The notes under the pieces were generated by a model. The model saw nothing but the letters and a program-made list of their open reading frames with translations, was not told the DNA's origin and made no database searches. The position numbers and the translations under genes were made by a program. This document shows positions 41,114-52,700 of a DNA stretch of 64,000 nucleotides, piece after piece. The DNA is taken from positions 7,006,001 through 7,070,000 of the forward strand of contig CM120647.1 of NCBI GenBank assembly GCA_051362555.1, written 5' to 3'. The DNA comes from Lingula anatina. Its lineage: Eukaryota; Animalia; Brachiopoda. Numbering within the stretch: the first letter of the stretch is position 1; every line of letters begins with the position of its first letter.

Positions 41114-44100
41114 TAAAGGTGTGGTGAAAATAAAGACACATCAATATAAATTCGATTTGTATTAGTACAGATAGAAATCGTATAATATTATGACCTATAA
41201 TATCAGAACTGTTTTTTGTAACTTATATGCGTATCAAAATAACATACAAACACTAAATGTGTACATGCGTTATTGCTTGCTTAATGTTTTGTTGTGAGTT
41301 CAATGCATGCAGGGACGTTGATCACTTAAGCTGCTTATTAAGGTGCAAATAATGAAAAGAATCCAAACACGGTTTTTTATTAGTGGTAAACAAAACACAG
41401 CAATGACTGTTAGTACAAATTACTTTACATATTACAGGAAAAAAAAAAAAAAAAAAAAAACAAATGTCGACTGAGAAATTTTGCAATATTAGAATTATTT
41501 CGGAGGGCACTGACAATCTGGCATTAAGTTACATAATTAATTATTGACTGTTGCCTTACTTGAATATGCTGAAGTCAAAGTCAGTATTTTTATGAATTAT
41601 ATTTTCAAACACCAGGTCATTACTGGATAAGCGATTTGAATTGTCAGGGATCTGAGTCGACCCTAGGAGATTGCTCCCATGACGGCGTTGGTATCATCTC
41701 ATCTTATTGTTCCGAATCTTCGTCAGATGATGCCGGCGTTCTCTGTAAAGGACGTGAGTATATTTCAAAGGTGGATCCAGACCCCCCCTCAGTCACACAC
41801 ACAAAATCCTGGCTGTCTTAAGCTAGAAAGTATGCGGCTTTACTTTCGGAAAATAAGCTAGAAAGTGTGCAGCTTTACTTTGGGAAAATAAGCTAGAAAG
41901 TATGCGGCTTTACTTCCGGAAAATGGCCAAAACTGTAGTTTTATAAAAGGGGATATCCTTGGTAGACGGAGGTGTACATATTTAACAAAGCACAGATTAA
42001 TTTTATGTGGCGTAAGGAGTAATGCTAATGAGCAATGAACGTTCATATACCGGAAGTCATCTGTGCACTATTGTCCTTACTCGCTGTTTCTGTCATTTTG
42101 CATTACCTACAGCCAATGACGGAGAAGTGAGATTGATCGGCGACTCACAGTATCATGGACGAGTGGAGATATTCTACGCAGGAGACTGGGGAAGAGTGTG
42201 TAAAAGCGGTTGGTCCTGGAATGAAGCCAAAGTGGCATGTAGACAGCTTGGCTTCAGCTTGGGTGCTGAATTACTGGACATCTTGGACACCGAGGGGGAC
42301 TTCGAGGGTGGTTCTAGGTATTGGTTCTACGCCTGTCTGCCCTTCTGTGTTTCCGACTAAATTTCCAACCCTTATATCTCTGTAACAGACGGACACTCGG
42401 TGTGGTTATAATATTTATTGTTATTATTACCATTTTTATTATCTTTATTATTATTATTATGCTACCTGTAATAAACAATGTCAATTAATACGATAAAATA
42501 TGACATTTACAGCTCTCGGTCTCTCACATGACTCCCCACGAGCCGTCCCAGTAGGGGCACTATTAATTAAATCTCGATCGGCTCCATTCGACTGGAGGCG
42601 GATAGACCGTTACAGGATTAAGCAGTCATCCTTTCATGTAGGGTCCGCCATATTCGATCATTGGACCAGTTGATATTGTATTCTGAATGAACTCTATTTT
42701 TAATCATTACCTCAGTGTAAACGTCATTTCATAGAAATGATATTCTAAGTTTATGCTCACTTATAATTCAACATCTACATATGCAAACGAGTAGGGTAGA
42801 GTAAATAATAATTGCTTTTTTGGAAATCTCTCAAGGAACAAGTTATTTTAGAGGCAAAATGGGTCATAAAGTTAATTTCTGATGAGAGATTTGAGCTAGG
42901 AGCATTCTTTAGGTCGGTAATATCACTATTTTTGGATAAGCATACAAATCATGTGTACCACATATACAGTCACTGTAGTAACTATACAGTATTAATGTGT
43001 ATACCTGTATTGAATAGGGTTGGATAAGGCCCCTATTTCACACAGACCACGAATCCCACGAATCGCCAGGAATTGACAAATTTCAGGATCCGTGAGGATT
43101 CGTGATATTTTGATTCAGTTACAATACAGGTGCGATAGTGTTACGCATATTCGTGGGATTCGGCTGGAATCGCACGAATATTGTCCAAAAATTCACTATT
43201 ATTTTTTGGAATCGGGAGTTCGTGGCCAAAACTTTGAACAGCTCAAAATTTTTGTCACGAATTCCCAATTGATCAAGAATTGCAAGAACTGACTACGATT
43301 ATATACGAATCTGTTAAGAACTTCACGAACTGATTACGATTCAAGCACGAATCATGAAATTTTCAATTCTGGCGATTCGTGGGATTCGTGTTCTGTGTGA
43401 AAAAGGGGCATTCAAGTTTTTGCCACCAATCCCTGTTGGTCAAGAAGTGCAAGAACTGACTACGAATATATACGAATTTGTTAAGATCTTCACGAACTGA
43501 TTACGATTCAACCACGAATCGTGAAATTTGTCAATTCATTGCCATTGTCTGTGTGAAATAGGGTCATAAAGCACACGTTTTTGAGAAGTAAGTGTTTTCT
43601 GTGTCCGAAAATGATGCTAAACACACATGTGGAGCTTTTTTCTTCAACAATTATTAAGGTAGGTAAAATAACGATTTTCAAAATGGCAGACAAAACGCCC
43701 TAAGAAGAGTTGCATCATCGCCAATAATATGCCTTTTTGTTATGTTTTTAGGTATTGAAATATATTTTCCATATGTTGACACTGCCATTCCGACATTTTA
43801 AATAGAGTTTAGTTACCTTTTTGTTGATAGTTTACTGTCAAGCTTGATGGAAGAGCCAGATTTCTGTTAGTAAAAACAAGGAGTGATAAAATACCTCAAG
43901 TTCTGCTGCTTGTGAATTATAAGGAAGCATCGGAACTTTCTTAACTTCGAGCAACCAAAGGGTGTTTGTCTTTAAATTAAGAATATATCATAATCCAATT
44001 TACATCTTTTGGGAATGTTCTTCTCAAAGATAGGTCAGGGATTTCTTCCGGCTTCATATATCAAAGCAAAGGAGTTTTATCCATCCTATTGTAATAATTT

Positions 44101-46186
44101 TGAAACATTCACTTTTTAGTAAGGATAATTGTTTCTTCATTATAATCCTCGTCGAACAGATTTTGCGGAATAGGGGAATCTTATCTCTTCTCATTTTGAT
44201 TTATTTAGATGACTGAGGTGATTCATTTTCCCCATTATCAAAGATTATGGCTATTCAGTCTAGCTTGACAGTTAAGTGTCAGCTCACATGGTAACTGAAC
44301 TCACTGTAAATAACGGTTTTGTATTGTGCAATGGCAATTTTCAGACCAATTAAACTGTGCCGGTACAGAAAGCAGACTAGATGCCTGCACCCATGGATGG
44401 ATAGGCCACCCCAGTTCTTGGTACTGCTCGGCAACCTCTGCCGTGGACGCCGGGGTTACCTGTGAAGCGCGTGAGTATGAGGCAACACCATAAATAATTA
44501 GACCACTGTCTGATCAACGCCATAATAAGAAAAAAAAATGCATCCTTGCATGGCTTTTAAAACGGATTGTTGAAACGATTCTCACTTGAAAAATCATTCA
44601 TTTCCAAAACAGACCACCCCCCCCCCCCAAAAAAAAAAAAAAAAAAAAAAAAAAATACTCTCTTTAATAATCAAGGAGGCCAGGGCTAATTGGCTTAATC
44701 ACCGAGAAGAGGGGTAGTTGTTCATGCCGTTCTTGTGTTTTAGTTTCAAGATGAATACCAAATTCATAGCAGTCCCAAAATGCGAATCAATATAGGTATT
44801 GCAAGTAAGCTTTTTTTTGGCCTTACTCTTCTAGCCGACGATGGCCAAGTTCGTCTAGTGGACGGTAACGGCTACAACAGCGGCCGCGTGGAGATAAAAT
44901 TTGCCGGACTATGGAGGCGTGTTTGTGACTATGGATGGGGAAGCAACGACGCCGCAGTTGTTTGTCGTCAGTTGGGGTATAGCGGATACGTAAGGGCCAC
45001 TTCAAGTAAGACATGTTTTTTTTTAGCTAAATAGAATTGCATAGAAAGCGAGATAAATTCCCTGTAACGTATGAATTACTAGTATCAGGTTTTTACACAG
45101 CATATAATGGAACAGAATAGAATAATTACCTGTAAATGAAATAATATTGAAATAATTATAATTCGAAATTGATCTCTCGGGCAGCAGAAAAAGGGCTAAA
45201 ATACTTTTAATTAAATTTTCTGGTCGTAAATTTGATGTTCCTTTTTTCCTCCATTGTGTAAAGACTGAAAATGTTATTGATTTAAATGATGTAACAAAAT
45301 GTGGTATCAAATTATGTTCCAGTTTAGTATTATTATTATCCCATTTGAAACACTAATATGACATTTTCTCGGATTTGGTGACAATGACTTGGTATAAGTA
45401 CACTCTTGTCCAAAATGGTTGGTACACGGAAATTTTCGGATACATATCGCCCTGTTTCTTTCATTATTATTGATATTACCAAATTAATACTGTTTATATT
45501 GTGAAATATGTGAAGCTGGAGGATTGGCAAAGTCAAAGAGAAACAACCAATGCAAATGTGAAAAAAAGCGTTAATTTATTTAGTTTTTTTTTCTCATGTC
45601 GCCAAAAAGAATACTTTTTTTACATAACAGTACCAAGTGAACAATTAAACATAAAATTATACTGTGATTGACAATAAATATGAAATTAGGGGAAATTGTC
45701 AAGAAACATCTTCAGAGTTCATTATTAATTTCAATAGCGGGTATGCCCACCCCGAGCTTGGATAATGGCCGCCAGACGGCGTGGCATACTGTGAACTAGA
45801 GTTAAAGCTCTTTGAAGAGGAATTGTGGTCCATTCATCTTGAAGGGCATCTCGCAGTTCATCTAGATTCGCAGGGGGAGGATTTCTCCTCTGAATAGCAC
45901 GACCAAGTTCGTCCCACATGTGCTCAATTGGGTTTGCATCTGGGCTTCTTGCTGGCTGCGGCATCATCTGAATGTTGTTCTGTCGGATATAGTCTGCAAT
46001 TAAGCGGGCTGTGTGGGGAGTTGCATTGTCATGTTGCAATCTAAAATTGTCTCTGTATATCCCTCTTGCGAACTGCTCCAGGTTCTGCTGGAGAATGTCT
46101 CTGTATCTGGCAGCGTTAAGGTTGTCGTCCAGAGGAAGCAACGGGCAAATACCGTTGCTGCAAATGCCACCCTAAACATGTACAGA

Positions 46187-46282
<96 letters not shown>

Positions 46283-46972
46283 CAGGTTGGTACCCCAGGG
46301 GAAGTGGGTCTTTTTGGCTGTCCTATGTTGGCTGTCTTGGAACAGAGAGCAACCTTACAGACTGCACACACTCCGGAATAGGGGAATACAACACCTTTTT
46401 CTGTGGCTCAGGCAGTTACGATGACGCTGGCGTTTTCTGCCAAGGATATTTACGTACGTATGTCTTTCTCACTGCCAGTGGGAAAGTCTGAAGTTTTATG
46501 GTGTGCCAGACATGATTTGGCATGAATTATTGCTTCACTTTGAAGGCATGTCGTAGACCTCATAAATGGGGGTACAGTATAGGTAACGGCATGGTCCATC
46601 ATCATAGTACAACTGTATGGAAGTTAATACTTCAAAATGGGCATTTGTGGCTTAAGAAATGCGAGGTGAAAAAGTTCGATATTTAAAATTATACATCATA
46701 AATAATCATTGAAATATAAAATCCATTTTTTCTACCAGCGGGTGTTACTCCCCCCAGTGCAACCACCACCACCCCGACCACAACAACCACCGTTGCAGTA
46801 AGTAGTATTGACTGATTTTATAGTTTGTTTTTTTTTTTCACTTAGTTATGGAAAGACTGACGTACATTTCAACATCGTTTACTTTGATAGACAGAAGACA
46901 AAATCATGTTGTGTCCTATTCTTCGCGTATATATTCTGTGAAATGTTAAATTGTAACATTCAAAGCTGAATA

Positions 46973-47019
<47 letters not shown>

Positions 47020-47861
47020 TCCGTCTGCAAACAAGAGAAGACTTGTTTCTTTAATCAAGCGGCTGTTTTGTACGGTTAAAGCCCTTGCTTATGGTTGGGG
47101 TTATTGTTGGACTTCAATTTATTATTGCATTCCTTTTTGTTTTAAGTGGACGCTCGAATATCTGATATCTCATTTCAGAGCGGACCTAGATGTTATTCCT
47201 GCTCAGCCACCTCCTCGTGTAGCGGATCACAAAACAGTTATTACTATTATAACACATATATCACGTGCTCGTATGGATACGTGTGTCACGTGAGTGTCTC
47301 TCTCTATTGCACACACATGGACACGCACACCAACACACGCACACACGCTTGATGGATACAACATAGTGACACGGGCACAGGGATAATATAAACGCACATG
47401 TGCATAAATATATATTCACGCACATGCATACACATGCATTTTTGATACTTAGCAGGGGTGTTATTCACAATTTAATCAATGCCTTTATTAATATAATTAT
47501 CTTTTTTTTCTACATGGCTATCACTGTCATCATTATACGGACGCACGTTTTTTTTTTCTTGCAGACGACGGCCTCGGCCTACGAAAGTTACAATCTCTTC
47601 TACAGTTCTTCCACCATTGCCTACAGCTACAGCCGCGGGTGCAGAAGTCAATCACTGTGTACCAGTGAGGAACTCCAGGGTAGTACCTGCACTGGAACTG
47701 GGACCAGTAAAGTTTGCAGGCAGTGCTGCACTAGTAACTACTGTAACAGTGGTACACTGGATACGTCCCAAACAAGCACCAACAACAAAGGGTTTGCTTC
47801 CCGGAGTGCCTGGTTTAACGTCCTCTGCGTGTTTTTGTTAATTGTCTTTACCATGAATTAA
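32778..47861 (+). CDS. Gene 3: SRCR x5 - stalk - Ly6/uPAR - GPI (14 exons; about 732 aa if corrected; +1 frameshift in SRCR-D, possible pseudogene or assembly error)
   Basis: join(32778-32850,35890-36048,37654-37821,38283-38474,39134-39274,40749-40940,41616-41753,42113-42317,44345-44470,44835-45005,46286-46453,46739-46797,47179-47289,47565-47861); exon 8 is 205 nt vs 204 in paralogs. Confidence 0.8.
35797..35871. repeat. (TA)n microsatellite (others at about 21516, 28122, 38994, 46190, 48748, 60089)
   Basis: Direct reading. Confidence 0.95.
35890..36048 (+). CDS. Gene 3 SRCR-A N-half exon
   Basis: [31 protein letters not shown]; 159 nt. Confidence 0.9.
37654..37821 (+). CDS. Gene 3 SRCR-A C-half exon
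   Basis: [18 protein letters not shown]...DDAGVIC; 168 nt. Confidence 0.9.
38283..38474 (+). CDS. Gene 3 SRCR-B N-half exon
   Basis: [31 protein letters not shown]; 192 nt. Confidence 0.9.
39134..39274 (+). CDS. Gene 3 SRCR-B C-half exon
   Basis: [18 protein letters not shown]...DDAGVIC; 141 nt. Confidence 0.9.
40749..40940 (+). CDS. Gene 3 SRCR-C N-half exon
   Basis: [26 protein letters not shown]; 192 nt. Confidence 0.9.
41616..41753 (+). CDS. Gene 3 SRCR-C C-half exon
   Basis: [18 protein letters not shown]...DDAGVLC; 138 nt. Confidence 0.9.
41819..41923. repeat. Minisatellite, 3 x 35 bp
   Basis: taagctagaaagtatgcggctttactttcggaaaa repeated three times. Confidence 0.9.
42113..42317 (+). 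CDS. Gene 3 SRCR-D N-half exon (frameshifted)
   Basis: [16 protein letters not shown]...CRQLGFS in one frame, [18 protein letters not shown] in another; one extra base near 42258-42262. Confidence 0.85.
43028..43566. mobile_element. PIF/Harbinger-type MITE with duplicated right end
   Basis: TIR ggcccctatttcacacagaccacgaatc; right TIR at about 43410 and again at 43566; TAA TSD. Confidence 0.8.
44345..44470 (+). CDS. Gene 3 SRCR-D C-half exon
   Basis: [17 protein letters not shown]...DAGVTC; 126 nt. Confidence 0.9.
44835..45005 (+). CDS. Gene 3 SRCR-E N-half exon
   Basis: [26 protein letters not shown]; 171 nt. Confidence 0.9.
45401..46189 (-). mobile_element. 5'-truncated Tc1 (DD34E) element with open C-terminal transposase fragment
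   Basis: ORF 45731-46141: QHDNATPH...[11 protein letters not shown] (D34E spacing)...ARGGHTRY; TA|cactcttgtccaaaa terminus at 45401. Confidence 0.9.
46286..46453 (+). CDS. Gene 3 SRCR-E C-half exon
   Basis: [18 protein letters not shown]...DDAGVFC; 168 nt. Confidence 0.9.
46739..46797 (+). CDS. Gene 3 stalk exon
   Basis: [19 protein letters not shown]; 59 nt. Confidence 0.85.
47179..47289 (+). CDS. Gene 3 LU exon 1
   Basis: [37 protein letters not shown]; 111 nt. Confidence 0.87.
47565..47861 (+). CDS. Gene 3 LU exon 2 + GPI signal
   Basis: CCTSNYCN, hydrophobic tail, stop; 7 aa differences from the gene 2 exon. Confidence 0.9.
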   Translation, partial: TTASAYESYNLFYSSSTIAYSYSRGCRSQSLCTSEELQGSTCTGTGTSKVCRQCCTSNYCNSGTLDTSQTSTNNKGFASRSAWFNVLCVFLLIVFTMN

Positions 47862-48745
47862 AGACATAAATCTTAATATTCAAAGACAACATTTCCTTTC
47901 TTTACCTTTGCCTGACGTTAAAGGTAAACAGTACGCGCTTAATTATATGATGCTTTATATAATGACAAGTGTTTTAATTTTTCAAGAACAAGCCTTAAAA
48001 CGAAATTGCTGCATTTGACCTCTAGATGTCGATAAAACAACTTAAACGGCGAATTCCTAAGAAAAAAATGGGACAGTATGGAAAAAATATTGATATGAAT
48101 AGAAAAGAACATTTGTCGTAGCCTAGGCCTACTAAGATTCTTTTATTTAAAAAAAAAAATCTACACGTACTTTTAATCAATATCTGTAAGAACTTTGTTT
48201 GCAGTGTGTGAATGGTGTGTGGAAGATGTATTTGTGTCTTATTGTGTTGTAAATGTCCTGTATTATTTTTTAAAAAAAAAAAAAACGGCGAATTTCTTTG
48301 TGCGATCATATCAGCACTTCATTATAAAATGAAATGCGAACCACAAGTCCCCTCACATTTCTATCCGGCATATTTCGTATGTGCAGATAGTTATTGAGGC
48401 CGGTATGTTTCGATTTCAGTAGTTGATGGTCAACACAAATACAAACGCGCCACGAATAAAAAAGGCAATTGTAGTTTATGTGGCATGCAGAAGTTTCCAC
48501 ATTACGATATCAATAAAATATACATAAAGTATTCAAAACCATTCACAGAATCACAATTTGAAAACCAGTAGACCTTTCTTGTAACAAGGATTGACTTTAG
48601 TGGATTTCAAGTAAAATAAAAAATAGGAAATAAAATTATGTAATGCATCGTAAGATTTTTAAGTTATTTATTTACCAAACATTATCATAAAAAGTGACAT
48701 GTGCAAACCATATTTTTCTTCAATCCGACATCTTCCAAAAAAAAA

Positions 48746-48831
<86 letters not shown>

Positions 48832-49704
48832 ACGAAGGAGACCAAACGGTATGTCAATCATGAACTTGACTTGTTGTGAGAAATAACCAGAATATAAAAT
48901 ATACAAAAAATAAAGAATATAGTTTGATTAGAATCTGTATGGATGTATCTTTTTCTATTTTACGTAACAACTTGGATCATGGAAAGTGCTCAATACCCTG
49001 GAAGTGACGACTTGGAAGGGAATCCAAGCTGACTTTTCTACCCCTAAATATATAATTGACGCAGAGAAGGGTTGGACTATGGGGCCTATGGACATGGAAA
49101 CTTGACCACTGGCGGTGAGGCTACGTTCTGACCAAACATTAGTTTAATGTCAAACATGATCGTTTAAGACCATGCTTAACGAAAAATCATAATGATCAGA
49201 AAACTCAAGGTCGTGGATGGTTTAATTAGTTTTTGTATACTAATACCATTCTGATTTTACTGCTCTATGCATTGACGGCCATTTTTTTTTCAATAACAGC
49301 GAAGTGCTGGTATGTAATCTACTGCGTTCTTTGGTCAGGAACTAATTTTAGACAATTGTTAGACTTAGCAGTCAGACTCATACACACAGTAGACTACATA
49401 TGCAATTGAAAACGGTGCAAACACTAACCCACACACAAAATGATGCCTCCGTGCATGATTATTAACTGTTAGGTTATCTCGAGTTACACAGTTCAAAATA
49501 CGTCTTTGCAAATAATGCGATAAATAGATCTGCTAACAAAGGCCTTGATGTAACTCAATAACCCAGAACTTGTCAAGCGTAATGTAACAAAAGACGTTCC
49601 CATCTTTAAACCTAGTTGCCATGCAACCCAGCCTGGGGTCCACCAAAACATTGACGTGCGCAGGTGCAATCGTCTTAGGTAATAGTTACCTGACTGGGGT
49701 GAAA

Positions 49705-49777
49705 ATGTGTCGACTGAACACGGTTTTCCTTCTCTTATTGGTCATTTCTCGGTGTCTTGAGGACGGCCAAGGTCAAA
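49705..49777 (+). CDS. Gene 4 signal-peptide exon copy 1
   Basis: [24 protein letters not shown], donor GTAAGT. Confidence 0.65.
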
Positions 49778-52700
49778 GTAAGTAAACACATTTTTTCACT
49801 TCAATCAAAATCGAAATTTCATGACAATGTTCAGAATTGATATGTTGTGACGTAATTACTTTCGTTTTGTTATGGTGAACTGCTGATAAGAAAATACCCA
49901 GTGTATTTCAACCAATGGCTTGTTAACAGCGCAAACAGCAATCCTGTGCTAGCTGATAACGTCGTTGTAAGTCATAGACAGACTTACAGTAGCACGACCT
50001 ACTTCTAGTCCATCACACTGTTTCATCGCCTGTTTTATACCTCGAGTTATCATAACAACTTAAGGTTGCGTCAAACAACATAACCTCAGGTGTTTTTTAG
50101 ACATTGGCATCATGGACGGGTAGTAACTTAACGAGCGCTAGGACCTGTTTGATATTTAAAGAAAAGATGATTGCAACATCGTTTTAATTTTCAAGTTATT
50201 GTCAGCTGTTAAACTACTTATGTTTAATAAAAATGATAAAATACCCTAACGGTAAATTAAGAATTCCGATTCTTTCGCACAAGATCAATGATGGTGAGGT
50301 TAACTAGGGTGATTAATTTCAAAAGACGTCTTTGCAAGTGCCAACACACACACACAAAAATAGATTAGGTAATAAAGTTATTGATGTAACTCAGTAACCG
50401 AGAGCATTCCATGCCTAAAGCAACAAAAGACGTTCCCTTCTTTAAACCTAGTTGCCATGCAACCCAGCCTGGGGTCCACCAAAACATTGACGTGCGCAGG
50501 TGCAATCGTCTTAGGTAATAGTTACCTGACTGGGGTGAAAATGTGTCGACTGAACACGGTTTTCCTTCTCTTATTGGTCATTTCTCGGTGTCTTGAGGAC
50601 GGCCAAGGTCAAAGTAAGTAAACACATCTTTTCACTTCAATCAAAATCGAAACTTCATGAAAACAGCATCAAAATATAGTTTAGGGGACCATATTTCTCC
50701 AACAATATAACCGTTTAACATTTACAGGTGAACATCTATTGGAAGGTCACATACGGTATGATGGTACATAACTTATCCGATGCCTCAACCTGTTAGCCAC
50801 CATATAATCATATGTACGCAATGTTTTTATTTATTTTGTATAAACATACAAAATCACATTTCCCACCTTTCTTACGAAATCATACATAGAATGCTTGAGG
50901 CATCAAAGGAAGTGGGATTATTTGTCAGTTTGTTTCACAAGCATATAAAGATGTCTAGCATAAACTGTCCCAGAATAGCATCACAAAATCATCAATACCT
51001 AGTCGGATGTCTCATCTTAGAAGTGTAACTTTAGGAAAAATACATTTTGGGAACTGTTCCCTGACAATGTTCAGAATTGATATGTTGTGACGTAATTACT
51101 TTCGTTTTGTTAAGGTGAACTGCTGATAAGAAAATACCCAGTGTATTTCAACCAATGGCTTGTTAACAGCGCAAACAGCAATCCTGTGCTAGCTGATAAC
51201 GTCGTTGTAAGTCATAGACAGACTTACAGTAGCACGACCTACTTCTAGTCCATCACACTGTTTCATCGCCTGTTTTATACCTCGAGTTATCATAACAACT
51301 TAAGGTTGCGTCAAACAACATAACCTCAGGTGTTTTTTAGACATTGGCATCATGGACGGGTAGTAACTTAACGAGCGCTAGGACCTGTTTGATATTTAAA
51401 GAAAAGATGATTGCAACATCGTTTTAATTTTCAAGTTATTGTCAGCTGTTAAACTACTTATGTTTAATAAAAATGATAAAATACCCTAACGGTAAATTAA
51501 GAATTCCGATTCTTTCGCACAAGATCAATGATGGTGAGGTTAACTAGGGTGATTAATTTCAAAAGACGTCTTTGCAAGTGCCAACACACACACACAAAAA
51601 TAGATTAGGTAATAAAGTTATTGATGTAACTCAGTAACCGAGAGCATTCCATGCCTAAAGCAACAAAAGACGTTCCCTTCTTTAAACCTAGTTGCCATGC
51701 AACCCAGCCTGGGGTCCACCAAAACATTGACGTGCGCAGGTGCAATCGTCTTAGGTAATAGTTACCTGACTGGGGTGAAAATGTGTCGACTGAACACGGT
51801 TTTCCTTCTCTTATTGGTCATTTCTCGGTGTCTTGAGGACGGCCAAGGTCAAAGTAAGTAAACACATCTTTTCACTTCAATCAAAATCGAAACTTCATGA
51901 AAACAGCATCAAAATATAGTTTAGGGGACCATATTTCTCCAACAATATAACCGTTTAACATTTACAGGTGAACATCTATTGGAAGGTCACATACGGTATG
52001 ATGGTACATAACTTATCCGATGCCTCAACCTGTTAGCCACCATATAATCATATGTACGCAATGTTTTTATTTATTTTGTATAAACATACAAAATCACATT
52101 TCCCACCTTTCTTACGAAATCATACATAGAATGCTTGAGGCATCAAAGGAAGTGGGATTATTTGTCAGTTTGTTTCACAAGCATATAAAGATGTCTAGCA
52201 TAAACTGTCCCAGAATAGCATCACAAAATCATCAATACCTAGTCGGATGTCTCATCTTAGAAGTGTAACTTTAGGAAAAATACATTTTGGGAACTGTTCC
52301 CTGACAATGTTCAGAATTGATATGTTGTGACGTAATTACTTTCGTTTTGTTAAGGTGAACTGCTGATAAGAAAATACCCAGTGTATTTCAACCAATGGCT
52401 TGTTAACAGCGCAAACAGCAATCCTGTGCTAGCTGATAACGTCGTTGTAAGTCATAGACAGACTTACAGTAGCACGACCTACTTCTAGTCCATCACACTG
52501 TTTCATCGCCTGTTTTATACCTCGAGTTATCATAACAACTTAAGGTTGCGTCAAACAACCATAACCTCAGGTGTTTTTTAGACATTGGCATCATGGACGG
52601 GTAGTAACTTAACGAGCGCTAGGACCTGTTTGATATTTAAAGAAAAGATGATTGCAACATCGTTTTGATTTTCAAGTTATTGTCAGCTGTTAAACTACTT

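Noticed and set aside
41819-41923. 35-bp repeats as a CRISPR-like array
   Set aside because: Contiguous units with no spacers in a eukaryotic intron; a minisatellite.
50780-52268. Two identical 82-aa ORFs
   Set aside because: By-product of the 1240-bp repeat in intron-derived sequence; no recognisable motif and the frame is not evidently kept in paralogous introns.
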